Assembly: GCA_965655095.1 (NCBI GenBank)
Contig: OZ296656.1
Location: 39,742,001 to 39,806,000 of the forward strand
Reading direction: 5' to 3'
Length of the DNA: 64,000 nucleotides
DNA from: Haplodiscus bocki
Lineage: Eukaryota
Shown here: positions 1 through 10,817 of the stretch, piece by piece
Position numbering within the stretch: the stretch's first letter is position 1
How the letters are laid out: every line of letters begins with the position of its first letter
The notes under the pieces: generated by a model
The model's input: only the letters and a program-made list of their open reading frames with translations
What the model was told of the DNA's origin: nothing
The model's database searches: none
Program-made: the position numbers and the translations under genes

Positions 1-937
1 ATATGTATTTCGGTTCAATTGTTCAGTGGCATTTCATATATGTTTTCAATCAAAGTCTCATTCTGTTCCTGATTTTGAATACTTTTTTGGTGTAATAAAT
101 TGCAAAAACAAACTCATTCTTTTATCTTGACACTATTGCAGTATATGTTCAGAAATCTGTAAATCACAACTTTCAAAGCCAGAGCCAAAAATTCATTGCT
201 GAGGTCTGAGATCAGTTGATAAGCAGAGCAGAAATTTTCTATTCGGACGGAGAATCAGCACTTTTTCGTTGGCACAACCGCTACTTCGTTGGAACAATTG
301 AAGCGTAAAAAAGCAAACCACCAACAGCGTAAAAAATAAACCCATTATGGCGATTAATGCAAAACTCTCAAAACATGGGAGGGAACCTTAACACGTGGTT
401 TTTTGGGATAAGTAGTGGCACTCATTTCAAGTTGCATTTCAAGTTGCTCAAACTATGCGGCAAAAAATGGACAACTCGGTTTTCCAAAGGAATGATTTTT
501 GGTGCCGGCCCAAATCACAGTCTCTAAATCACGTTTTGTGTACCTACTGGGTTTTCATTCTACCAATGTACGGAATTTCACTGACAATGAAAGCTCCAGG
601 TCAGAAATATTCCACATCTTTGGGAGCAATGGAACAATAGCACCGTTTACACTCCTAAGTCACAAACATTTGTGGACGGCCCACTAGACTAGCACCAGTT
701 TTTTTCAACGTCAAACATCACTGAAGTCAATTCAGTCTCGGCCTGGCCGCCAGTGGCCAAAAGTTGAAGTGAACAACTCAAGAACAGCCTTTGCACTTGA
801 GAAGGATTCCGAATTTCATCTTCTACCCAATGAAAACGTAGTACCCGTGTTGACGTCTGAGTGGAGTATACAAGGTCGTAAAAAAACGAAAAACCCTAAA
901 TTACTTGTTTTTGTTAAATTTCACGAGGAAATTTTTT

Positions 938-1172
938 TATACGTTACATTTTACTGGCTCATTTCTACTATACGTTACATTTTGCGTGCTAAATTTTGTT
1001 CATTGCCCAATAATTTATGCTTTAAAGTATGTTAGATTATACGTTACATTCTTTGCGCTGAAGTCTATTATTATAAGTTATCTCTTACGTTAGTCCCCAA
1101 TACATTGCTTCCATAGGTTGCCTTTTACGTTCTACGAAACGTTATTTTATACGTTTTGTTATACGCCACATT
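938..1172. repeat. Cluster of short direct repeats TATACGTTACATT
   Basis: Exact 13-mer at 938-950, 969-981 and 1038-1050; variants TATACGTTTTGTT (1148-1160) and TATACGCCACATT (1160-1172). Confidence 0.75.
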
Positions 1173-1379
1173 ATATGCACTGAGCTTTATTTTTTGGTAC
1201 TTTTTATGTTTTTATGTTCTTTCTATTCCAATTGGAATGCAATCAAGTAATTTCTTCTTTTCGGAAATTTTATGACTTTGTACTTTACTGCTTCCACATT
1301 CATTTTACTAATTGAATTGGAGTTAGGCATTGACGCAATTTCAATCCAATAAAAGTTAATTAACTAAGAGTTGATAACT

Positions 1380-4300
1380 TTTTCAGAGAAAATTTTTCTA
1401 AACTTTTGAAGAGTAATGGCACCAAGAAAACCGTAGTTAAAGATTGAGACAATACTCCCAAAATGGATTTATCAGATTAAGAAGGTTATGTTTTGAAAAT
1501 TAGGAGACAATACTGATATATTCTAGATTAAAGTTGGCACATCAAGTACTTCAGATAGACAATTGCAATAAAAAATGAATATGCTAATGCAATATTTGAT
1601 CTTTTTTCCGACATTTTGAGAAAATCCGATGAAAAGGCCAAAATCAAAGCAACTGGTTGTTGTTACGAAATGTGTAATGAAAACAATTTAGGTTTCTTAG
1701 GAGATCAAGATAAAAAACGACAGATTAGATATGTTTCTAGGGGAGCAGTTTTTGAGAAAAATTTGAAAAGACTATTGAAAGCTTGTTTAAGAAGTCTTGT
1801 TTTAAGATGAGGCCAATTGAAATGATGAACTGTCTAGTATATTTAAAACGTATTGCAGCCTCAATCTTTAGTTTCAGTAAATCAACTCCAGTTGATGCTT
1901 CCCAAAGTTAATGACAACGGAAGATATCATACTCTAAAGGATAATTAAGAAAAAAGAAAACCGAAAGTTTTTTCAAGAAAAGTAGCTAGAACTGCTGACA
2001 TTGCATCAGTATCGACTTGAGGAGTTACTACAAACTGGATTTTTGAACGTACACAAATTTAGATGATATAGGTGCTTCAATTCCAAGTGTTAGTCGGGTT
2101 CAAAGGTATGGTACGGTGAATCTGTTTTCGAAAAAGGTAGACCTGCCTTAAAACAAAAGATAAACGGTATGAAAGTAAATTATCACTAAAATCAATTCTT
2201 TTTAAAAGTTTAACTGATGATGGCAAAAGATCTATCACGTTTCAAAAACAAGATGCCGCATGTATTACTAGGAAATATTCTGATACATTTTATGCAAAAG
2301 CACAATTTTTTTATTGGATCTTTCAAAATCCTTTACGTATACAATAAAAGGCGGAGAAGCAAAACTGAGATGTGACTTCTTAATACAGTATCTAAAATCA
2401 AAGGTAATACCGATCATTTACTTTCTACAGAAGATAGTGAAGTTGAGGTATCCAAAATTTAAGGAAAATGTGACGTTTGAGTTCTCTATATGAGACTCGT
2501 TAAGAGGAAGGAAGAGAACAATTGTAAAGTTCATATAGCAAAAAAATGATGAAAATTATTGTATCTCATCAGTTCGTCGATATTTGGGACTTGTAGAAAA
2601 AAACACAGAAACTACTCATGAATTAACCAGATCTGGTATCACCTACCCGCAAACGAAGAACCTGCATAAAAACAAAGTATTGAACGAAGAAAAAAACGTA
2701 AACAGAGGGCTGAGAAAAAGTCCACTTTGCGGCAAAAAGTTGCGTGGGCAACAATGTAATAAAGTTTTGAAAATTATGGGTTCTAACTTTAACAGTGCCT
2801 TTGCTCGGAAAAAAAGTTTGGAAAGTTAACAATTTGATACCGGAGGTACCAATCCATAAAAATAGGAAATGCTGAAAGAATATACAGAACTCGTATCTAT
2901 TAATCAACCAATTTTGATGTATCAGGTTACTATTATTGTTGTGTTTGAAAAAGGGTTTGATGATTTTGATGAAAATTTTTAGTTTAATATTATAAACTAC
3001 AAGCAGCAGTTTTTGTGAACAACCTGATAACAGAATTCGAGTTTCAAGCTGCTTTGAAAACTTAGAAAGTTGGAAAGTTTTATAAGGAGGTTTCTTTATA
3101 GTATCGGTATGACACGTATTTCTCATCAAACGAATTTTGTTGGAAGTTCCAATTATGCGTTCCGTCCTGTAATAGATCATTGAATTATATATGATCACAA
3201 CAAGAGTATTGTTGCACCCTATGGACTTTTTTTAACTCATCTAAGTCCAGCAAAAACACAAAGAAACAGAATTTTTTGACATTCTCAATCTTCACATAAT
3301 GAAATAGGGAAATGGTTGCATTGGATTGACTGATTGGAAGTGAAAGCTATTGAAAATTTATAAAAAGGCATTTAGCATGTGCAATTGAAGCAACAAATAG
3401 TTTATGGCTTCCCTGATAAACACCAGTATAAGTTTCCCACACAATGGTGCGAAGCAAAATTATCCCACCAGAAAGAATGGTAGATTTCCTATTGTGAATG
3501 AAAAAATAAGTAATTAATTACATGATACCACTAGAGAAAGTGACTTATATCGTGTTTGCGCATTTTGTACTCTTCCCACACTTCTGCAACCGTACTTGGA
3601 AGGTCAACGAAGATTTATTTGGTTACAAAATCATGTCTTCTCAAACTTGCTTAAGATGAGACTTTGAATGAGATTAAAGTCAATATTATATTCCGAAATT
3701 CTTATCTGCAGGCTTAGTTTTTGAACTGCTGCCTAAAGAATCCTCCACGATTTTGGTCAACGCACAGAAATCATTCACGACCTTGTTCCTGCCAGTAACG
3801 TTTTACATACAGTATATGACCTCGAAGATGTTTCAAAATCTGGTTTCCAAATTTTTTTTTTGGTGAAAAACTTTTTGAAGTAGTTGTGAAAAAAACGTTA
3901 AGAGTTCACAATAGATTGTAGTACTATTTTGGGTATAAGTAATCGGAGGTTTTTGTGACTGAACTCAACGAAATTGAAAACAACAGGTCATATATTGCTC
4001 TTTATAAGAGCATCCGTTCGCCGAAGGAAGTGAAAAAACATAGGGGCCGTTTTCAAATTCTTGAAAAGAAATCGAAGATCAGCACAACAACTTTGTAATT
4101 CAATGTCGAGCTAAGTTATTCAGCTTCGGTAAGATATGATGTAAGATTTATGAGTATTTTTGATTCGCGCGTAGTCATCAATTACATAATAAAAAAAAAC
4201 GAAACTATGCTGTTTGAACAATTCTTAAACCCGACGAAACGTCTTTCTCAAACGTTTATGGTTTTTTGGATTTTATAACTTCTATCAGATTTAGAGATAG

Positions 4301-7300
4301 CAGTTTTGATGGTTCGGTATTGAAACTCTTAGGAAAAAAAGATTCTATTATAACTTGAGCACAAAGATAACATGAAGGATTTTTCCCATTAAAAAATAGC
4401 CTTACTTTATGAGTCTTTTCAATTTCCAGATGACCATTTCAAGTCCTAAATTTGTACAAACAAATTCGCAATATGTGTCTCACTGGATAAACATCCCTTG
4501 TTGAGGAAATACATCTCAAAGAAGATCTAATCAAAACTTTACACCTCAAAACCAGAAAAGTTTTGAAATTGAATTGAAAAAGAGCTATTATAAACTTACA
4601 ACAGATGTTTCTAGAGATATTGAATACTGTTTTTTTGGAAAAAAAAACAGAAATTAAACCCAAGATTTTGTGTTTCTCTACCAGGATGAAAGTGGCAGTG
4701 TGGTTCACAAAGAAAAAAAATTGAAGAATTATTCGAAACCATGAATTACTTGAACTCTAAGTTGAAAGTGGAAATAGAGATTTGTAGGTGGAGTGAACGG
4801 ATTGAAAATGAAGACACGAGTAAGCAAATGGAACCAGAAACTTCATTATGTCACGATTGGCACTTCGTAATGTTCTTAAACTTGATACAGATACATCTTT
4901 AGAACAGAATAAATGAACACCAAATGCAGTTACTGGTCTTTTTTTTGAAAATTGCTGAGAAAAAGACTGATTCTGTAACAGACACAACAACACGTTACCC
5001 TTTCTGACGTCAAAGGAAAAAAATTGATCCTACGATGTTTACAGACGTCATTCGCGATATTTTACCAAGGAACTAAAAACATAGGCAATACGGTGCTCAG
5101 CGCGAGGCTCGCGAAGGCACTCAACCTCTTGATTTTATCGTTGATCACATGCTTATGCAAGGAAAAAGAACATGTAGCAAAATCTGGAGAGATTAGTCAG
5201 AGAAAAGCCATTAGAAACAACAGCAACAATTGAAAGTAATTTTGCTAAATTTAAACAAAAGTTAGCTGAAAAGGAAAATTTCGCTGCCCAAAAGACAACG
5301 GAAGCCAGCAGCTGTTTAGCAGCTGCCGTCTCAGAGAAGCAATGTTCCAAAATATGAGAACTAGAGTGTTAAATAAAGAAATATCTAGAAACAAAACTTC
5401 TTCCGGAAAGACCATGTTTTCTTGATAAGTTTTTTTCTCAAGAAACTCAACCAAAAAAAATTTCGCTCCACCCAAGTCACACTATCAAAATGTTGAGTGT
5501 TAATAGGACACATACACTTGAAGCAATTTCCCTGGTGATCAGAGTTGCGTTAAATTATCGCGAAGGGCGAAAACAATTGAAAAAAGTGTACAAACTCTGA
5601 AAAACATTTTGGCCAGGGAATTTATCTACAATGGAGCGAACCAAAAAAAGCTCTGGAATGCTTCTCCAGGCAATCCTGTGGGCGTAAAGAAGCTCATTTA
5701 AGGGACATTGTTTGTACAACAGGACAAAAAGTCCGCGGAAGAGTAGACAAGTTTTGAGGGAAATTATTTTTTGACAAATTTTCGCAAAAATGTCTTGAGA
5801 AATGCTCTCCAGTGGTCGAAACTTGATTGAGAACTCACTGGTGTACAATTGTGTAAAACTATTTTCAACTGAAGTGATATGCATCACTTTGGGGCCCGCT
5901 GAAGGCGCTAAATCTTAGATAATGCAGAAGTTTACTTGAAAACTCATTTTTGAAGACTGTTTTTTGTTAAAATCTTGTGGAAAAAACAGATTATTTTCTG
6001 TTTTCGGCTACAAACTTAAGGCAACAAACATTTTTTTGTATCCTTTGAAAAACATTGGGAAGGAGTATGTGGGAAACTGGGCCAGAGAAGTGCGAAAAAG
6101 AGATACATGCCCCCTGAAAAAACTTTGGTTTTCAATTGTCTTCGCCAACAACGGGCTGGCAAAAAAAACTAATCGGCTTTCAAAAGTTCGGCCTCGGTCA
6201 ATTACTAACTTTCCAATGCAACTAAGCAAGAAGCAAACGGATTATACAAGTGCATGTGAGAGAACTGGGCGTCAAAGTTAAGAAACGCAATGGGTAAAAG
6301 GGAATATCAAGTCTGTTTTTATAAAAATTTCAAAACTTTCCGCTCTTCTATTGACAAACGCTCGCCGAGACAAAACTTTTGGCTAAATATACCACAACAG
6401 GCCGCTCATTTGAATGGGGTTCCATCGATTTGTGAAAAAACAATAGCCCTTCCAAGACTACTTTGAAAACAGGTTTCAAAAGTAGTTCAGGGTTTCTGGA
6501 AAAATCCAAAAATTGATATGTTTTCGCTAACAACTCACGGGAAAGAAATTTTTAGCGGACGAAATTTTGGAATATTTTTGATAGTGACACCGTCGTAGTG
6601 TATTTATACTCGGATAAAAATGACCAACAGGTGCCGACAAAATAAATATCAAGAGTTGAAATGCAGAGTGATGTCACGGACGGGAACAAAAGACGAAATC
6701 ATTTTGACGTGTCCTTGTGCGAACAGTCTTGTCTCCGCTCGCCTCAAAACCCACAGAAATTTTTTTTGTGATTGAATTGATGCAATTGATTGTCCACCGC
6801 CTACTAGAAACTCAAAATTATTTGTAGAAAAAAAGCATGGAGGTTTGTAAAGTAAAGAGCGTAGTATGTTTTGAACAGAAATCTTGGCTGAAAAATTCAT
6901 AAAAGAGAAGACTGACTTAGGAGCCAAAACTACATCTAAAGTTGGCGCAAATAAATTTAAAACCATAAAGTGTGTTCTTCTGGGTATACTAGCGGTAAAC
7001 GTCAGAGAAATTCACAGAGTATAATTGTAACTTCTGATGATGAGTGTGAGAATGAATAAAAAAATGAATTTGGATATCAAGAAGACACATTCTTCCCTAG
7101 ATATAAAATACTACTCAGGAAGTGTCGACAATTCTCACGATTGAGATGTTTGGAAGGACTCTGACATATACTGTCACAAATAAAAAAAGATTGAATAGTT
7201 CATGAACTTAAGTGGTCAAAAGCAACTTTAAGATAATGCATTTTCTGTTTGAATGACACATATTATGATAAACTGCAACCTTTTTGCGGGAAAAGGAACC

Positions 7301-8100
7301 AAAATTGAACAACATGGGTGTCTATTTCTCCGTCTAAAATTCTGTGCCACTGGCTAGAACCTCAGGTTGTGATTTGATTCTTTTATAAGAAAATTTTTCA
7401 AAGTTTCAGTTTGAAAATTTGAATCCCTATTATAATTTTTTCAAGGAACCAAAAGAACGAATGGGAATCCATAAAGTGTAAGCACTAATTTGTTTTGATA
7501 CGAAAGAATTTCTTGAATTTGAAGCTCAATCAAAACCATGCATCACTACTACTGGTAGCGAGGAGATCTTCAAAAAGATACACAGGCTGTTTCAAATTTT
7601 GTATAATCAAAAATGTCGACTATGAGTTCAACAATATAAGAGAAGAGGAAAAAATCTAAGTAAACAATTTTTTTGTTGTGAGGAACTAAAAATCTAACGT
7701 GAAACTACAGGAAGCGATTGAACTAACAAACTTTCTTGATGATGATAACAAAACTAATACCGCAATTGACAGTGAAGGATGAAATAAACTCGTTTTAATC
7801 AAATAAAATGGAAGTCAATGAAAATTTGCCAATGCACAACCTCAAAAAAGAGGCAAAATTCAACAATGAAAGGCAAGAAGTACTTGAAGAACTAGGACTA
7901 GATCCAGTTTCCAAAACAAGAGACTATTACTTCTCAACCTTATCAGGAATCGTAAAGCTGCATCCAATTTAATGAACTCTTTGGGTTATGTCAGCAAATG
8001 TGAATTGCTTTCATTTTTATGCATGACCTCTATCGCGTTTTGTACTCACTTAAATAAGGCGTAGGTATGAGAAAAGTAATTTTACTGAAAAACAAATCCA
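1380..8100 (+). pseudogene. AT-rich region of possible decayed reading-frame fragments (origin unidentified)
   Basis: Short + strand stretches with protein-like composition broken by stops and frameshifts (e.g. 2584-2829, 2869-3483, 6620-7020, 7808-7972). No family confidently recognised, and stop density in these frames is not clearly below random expectation. Confidence 0.3.
7808..7972 (+). CDS. Small 54-aa ORF, hypothetical (MEVNENLPMHNLKKEAKFNNERQEVLEELGLDPVSKTRDYYFSTLSGIVKLHPI)
   Basis: ATG at 7808 in AAATAAAATG context and TAA at 7970-7972. Balanced charged composition, below the ORF-track cutoff, no recognised homology. Confidence 0.15.
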   Translation: MEVNENLPMHNLKKEAKFNNERQEVLEELGLDPVSKTRDYYFSTLSGIVKLHPI

Positions 8101-8142
8101 ACGACCACAATCTTAATGCTGTGCAAGTAAGTGTTTATACAT

Positions 8143-9195
8143 TGTCAGCATCTATTTCTAATGGATTTTAAGCAAGACGGCGGGTTAGCACTGATATACT
8201 TCCTGCTCTTCGTTTTTGTGAAAGATGCATTCTAAAATGATGAAACCATGTTTTTAAAAAATAACTCTTTGATCGAACATTCCTTTGAGAAAAAAAGTTT
8301 TGATGAAAAAAAACTGTTATTATGTAAATTTTTTCGGAATTCGAAAGGCAGTTTATCCAACTTTTACTGAAAAACTCTCGCAGCGGTTGTCGATACTGCA
8401 TTTTTTTGGTCCAAAGGATCATTGTGAGGATTTTTTCGAAAAAAAATATGTACTTTTTAAATCCTTTTCGGCTTTGGAGCGAAAGCTTGTCGGACTTTTG
8501 GCAAAAAGATTTTAGCAGGCTTGTGAAAGTTGCATTCTACAAGTGGAGAGGAATTTTTTGAGGATTTTTTTCTGAAAAAAACTTTTGTCATTTTTTCCAG
8601 ATTCTGAGCGCAAAACTTTCAACACCGTTTTCAGAACAGCTTTCTACGTGTCCAGAAGAGCATTTCATGGTTTTCAGAAAAAATTTTCAACATGAAGAAA
8701 CATCGAGAAAAACCTGATTTCAACTGGCATAAATTGGCTCAAAAAACATTTTCTGTGAATTTCTTTTCTAATTTGTAACTTTGGTCGGAATAAAAGCTGT
8801 TTTTATTTTTTTTCTCGAAATGCTCATTTGATACCTTCATCATAGTAAAAGACTAAAAGAGAAGTTGCAACTTCTGGTACAAAATATGTTGCAGTCTATA
8901 AAAGTAATACGACAAAAAAACAGCAATCAATGATCGTCAATTGTTTCTTCAACATCTTTCATTTTTTGCTATAAAAATCTATTATCAATGGTGGTTTTGA
9001 AAATTTACCTTTTTTTGTAGGAAACTGGATATTCGTCGAATGACGAAGTCTAATATGATTGAAAATCTCCTTTCAGAGGTGTCTGTGGCATAGGTTTGAA
9101 AAGAGTACTCATACGATATTACAGGAAAGCTTGGAACTTAGTACGAGGAGAATAAATCGGTCTGCTATCAACGGGATTTCCACCTTCAGTTTTTC
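8143..9195 (+). repeat. Left arm of ~1 kb diverged inverted repeat (interspersed repeat or non-autonomous element copy)
   Basis: Reverse-complement matches to 9755-10817, e.g. GAAGTTGCAACTTCTGGTAC (8861-8880) vs GTACCAGAAGTTGCAACTTC (10073-10092), and AGATTCTGAGCGCAAAA (~8599) vs TTTTGCGCTCAGAATCT (~10349). Begins TGTCAGCATCTA. Confidence 0.85.
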
Positions 9196-9754
9196 ATAAT
9201 CCAAAGTAACTTGGATTATTAAAATGTTCGAAAATGGTGAACGTCCTGAATTAGTAACTCACATCATTATCATCCAATTTTCTTCCTGCGAAGCACCCTT
9301 TGAAATACTTAGAGGATTATCAAAAGTGAAGGCTTCTTTTTTCCCCGCCATGTTCAAAATACGGGAGGAAAATCATCCACTCCACGAAAAGTTTTTTCAC
9401 AAAATTTCGTCAATTACGTTCACGTTTTTTCACGTTTTCCACCAAAGTTTAACCCAATTGCCGTAACGTGCGAAAGAAATTGTAAGACTCCTCCACACTT
9501 TCAAAAATTGGTGCTTTCGAAAAGTTACACGTTTTGTCGAAAAAAATTGAATTTTTTTAAAACCGTCAAAACGATAATTTTTCTGTAAAATGCATCTCAA
9601 TTGGTTGTTCTGCTTGAAAATGTCCTTGCAAGCATAATCAAGTTGTTTTCAGCAAAAGTAAGATAGTTTTTAAAGCTATAAGCAGTTGAACAAAAGACAA
9701 GAAGGAGTGTTTTTTTGAAAAAAAAGGTAATTATCTTTTTGAAAAACTTCGGTA

Positions 9755-10817
9755 CAAAACTGAAAAGAAGCAAGCCCGTTGGTAGCTGGCCAATTTATTC
9801 TGCCTCAGCCTAAATTGCAGTGTTCTTGGTAGTATCCTATGAGTGAGTACTCTCTTTACACTTATGCTGCACATACCTCTGGAAGTAGATTTTCATTTAT
9901 ATTAGACTTCGTCAATTGAGAAAAATCCAAGTTTCTGCAAAAAAATTGTGATTTTTCAAAACCACCAGTGATAATCTTCAATAGAAAAGAATGAAACATG
10001 TTTTGGAAAACATTCACGATCATTGATTGCTGTTTATTTTTCTTATTACCTTTATATACTGTAACATATGTTGTACCAGAAGTTGCAACTTCCCTTTTGG
10101 TCTTCTACTCTGATGAAAACATACCAATCAAACGAGCAATTTTTGAATAAACAGAAGTTTGTTTCCGACAAAAGTTAGCAAATAAATGGAAGAGAAATTT
10201 GCACAAAATGTGCGTTCTTTTCACGCAAATTTTGCCAATTGCAATCATGTTTTTATCGATGTTTTTTTCACGTTTGAAAAATTTTTATTGAAATCATAAA
10301 GTGCTTCTCTGGACACGTAGGAAGCAGTTCTGACAACGCTGTTGAGAATTTTGCGCTCAGAATCTGAAAAAATAGACAAATTTTTTCTCCTGGGAAGAAG
10401 TCATCAAATATCTTTTCTGGACACGTAGATTGCAGCTTGGAGAAACCTGTTGGAAAGTTTTAGCCAACAGTTTGACAATTTTTGGTCGAACTCCAAAAAG
10501 GAATATGAAAATATATTTTTCACACCAAAAACTCAGAACGAAACTCAGGATGAAAAATTGCAGTATTGACAACCGCTCCGTGAGTTAATCTTACCGAAAG
10601 TCCTAGAAACTTAGACTGAAAGTCCAATAAAGTTCACGAATTGACAAATTGTTTTATTAACAATTTTTTGTTGAAAAGAATGCTCGATAAGAGGGTAGTT
10701 TTCTATAAACACGCTTTCATCCTTTTAGGATGCATCTTTAACAAAGTTGTTGAGCTGGAAAAATGCCAGTGCTAGCCGGCCAGGTTGTTTAAAAACCATT
10801 ATTAGTAGATGCTAACA
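9755..10817 (-). repeat. Right arm of the inverted repeat pair
   Basis: Collinear reverse complement of 8143-9195. Ends TAGATGCTAACA at 10817, beyond which similarity to the left arm stops. Confidence 0.85.

Noticed and set aside
2623-3198. Longest non-satellite ORF (191 aa, minus strand)
   Set aside because: Non-ATG start, F/I/L-rich and D/E/A-poor, no recognisable motif, and codon-antiparallel to the + strand fragments at 2584 and 2869. Most likely a shadow frame, although its length is unusual for AT-rich DNA and a translated search would settle it.
8143-10817. Intact autonomous TIR transposon or LTR element
   Set aside because: The arms are inverted and diverged, there is no TSD, and the spacer holds only an unrecognisable 80-aa ORF (9224-9466) with no transposase, integrase or RT motif.
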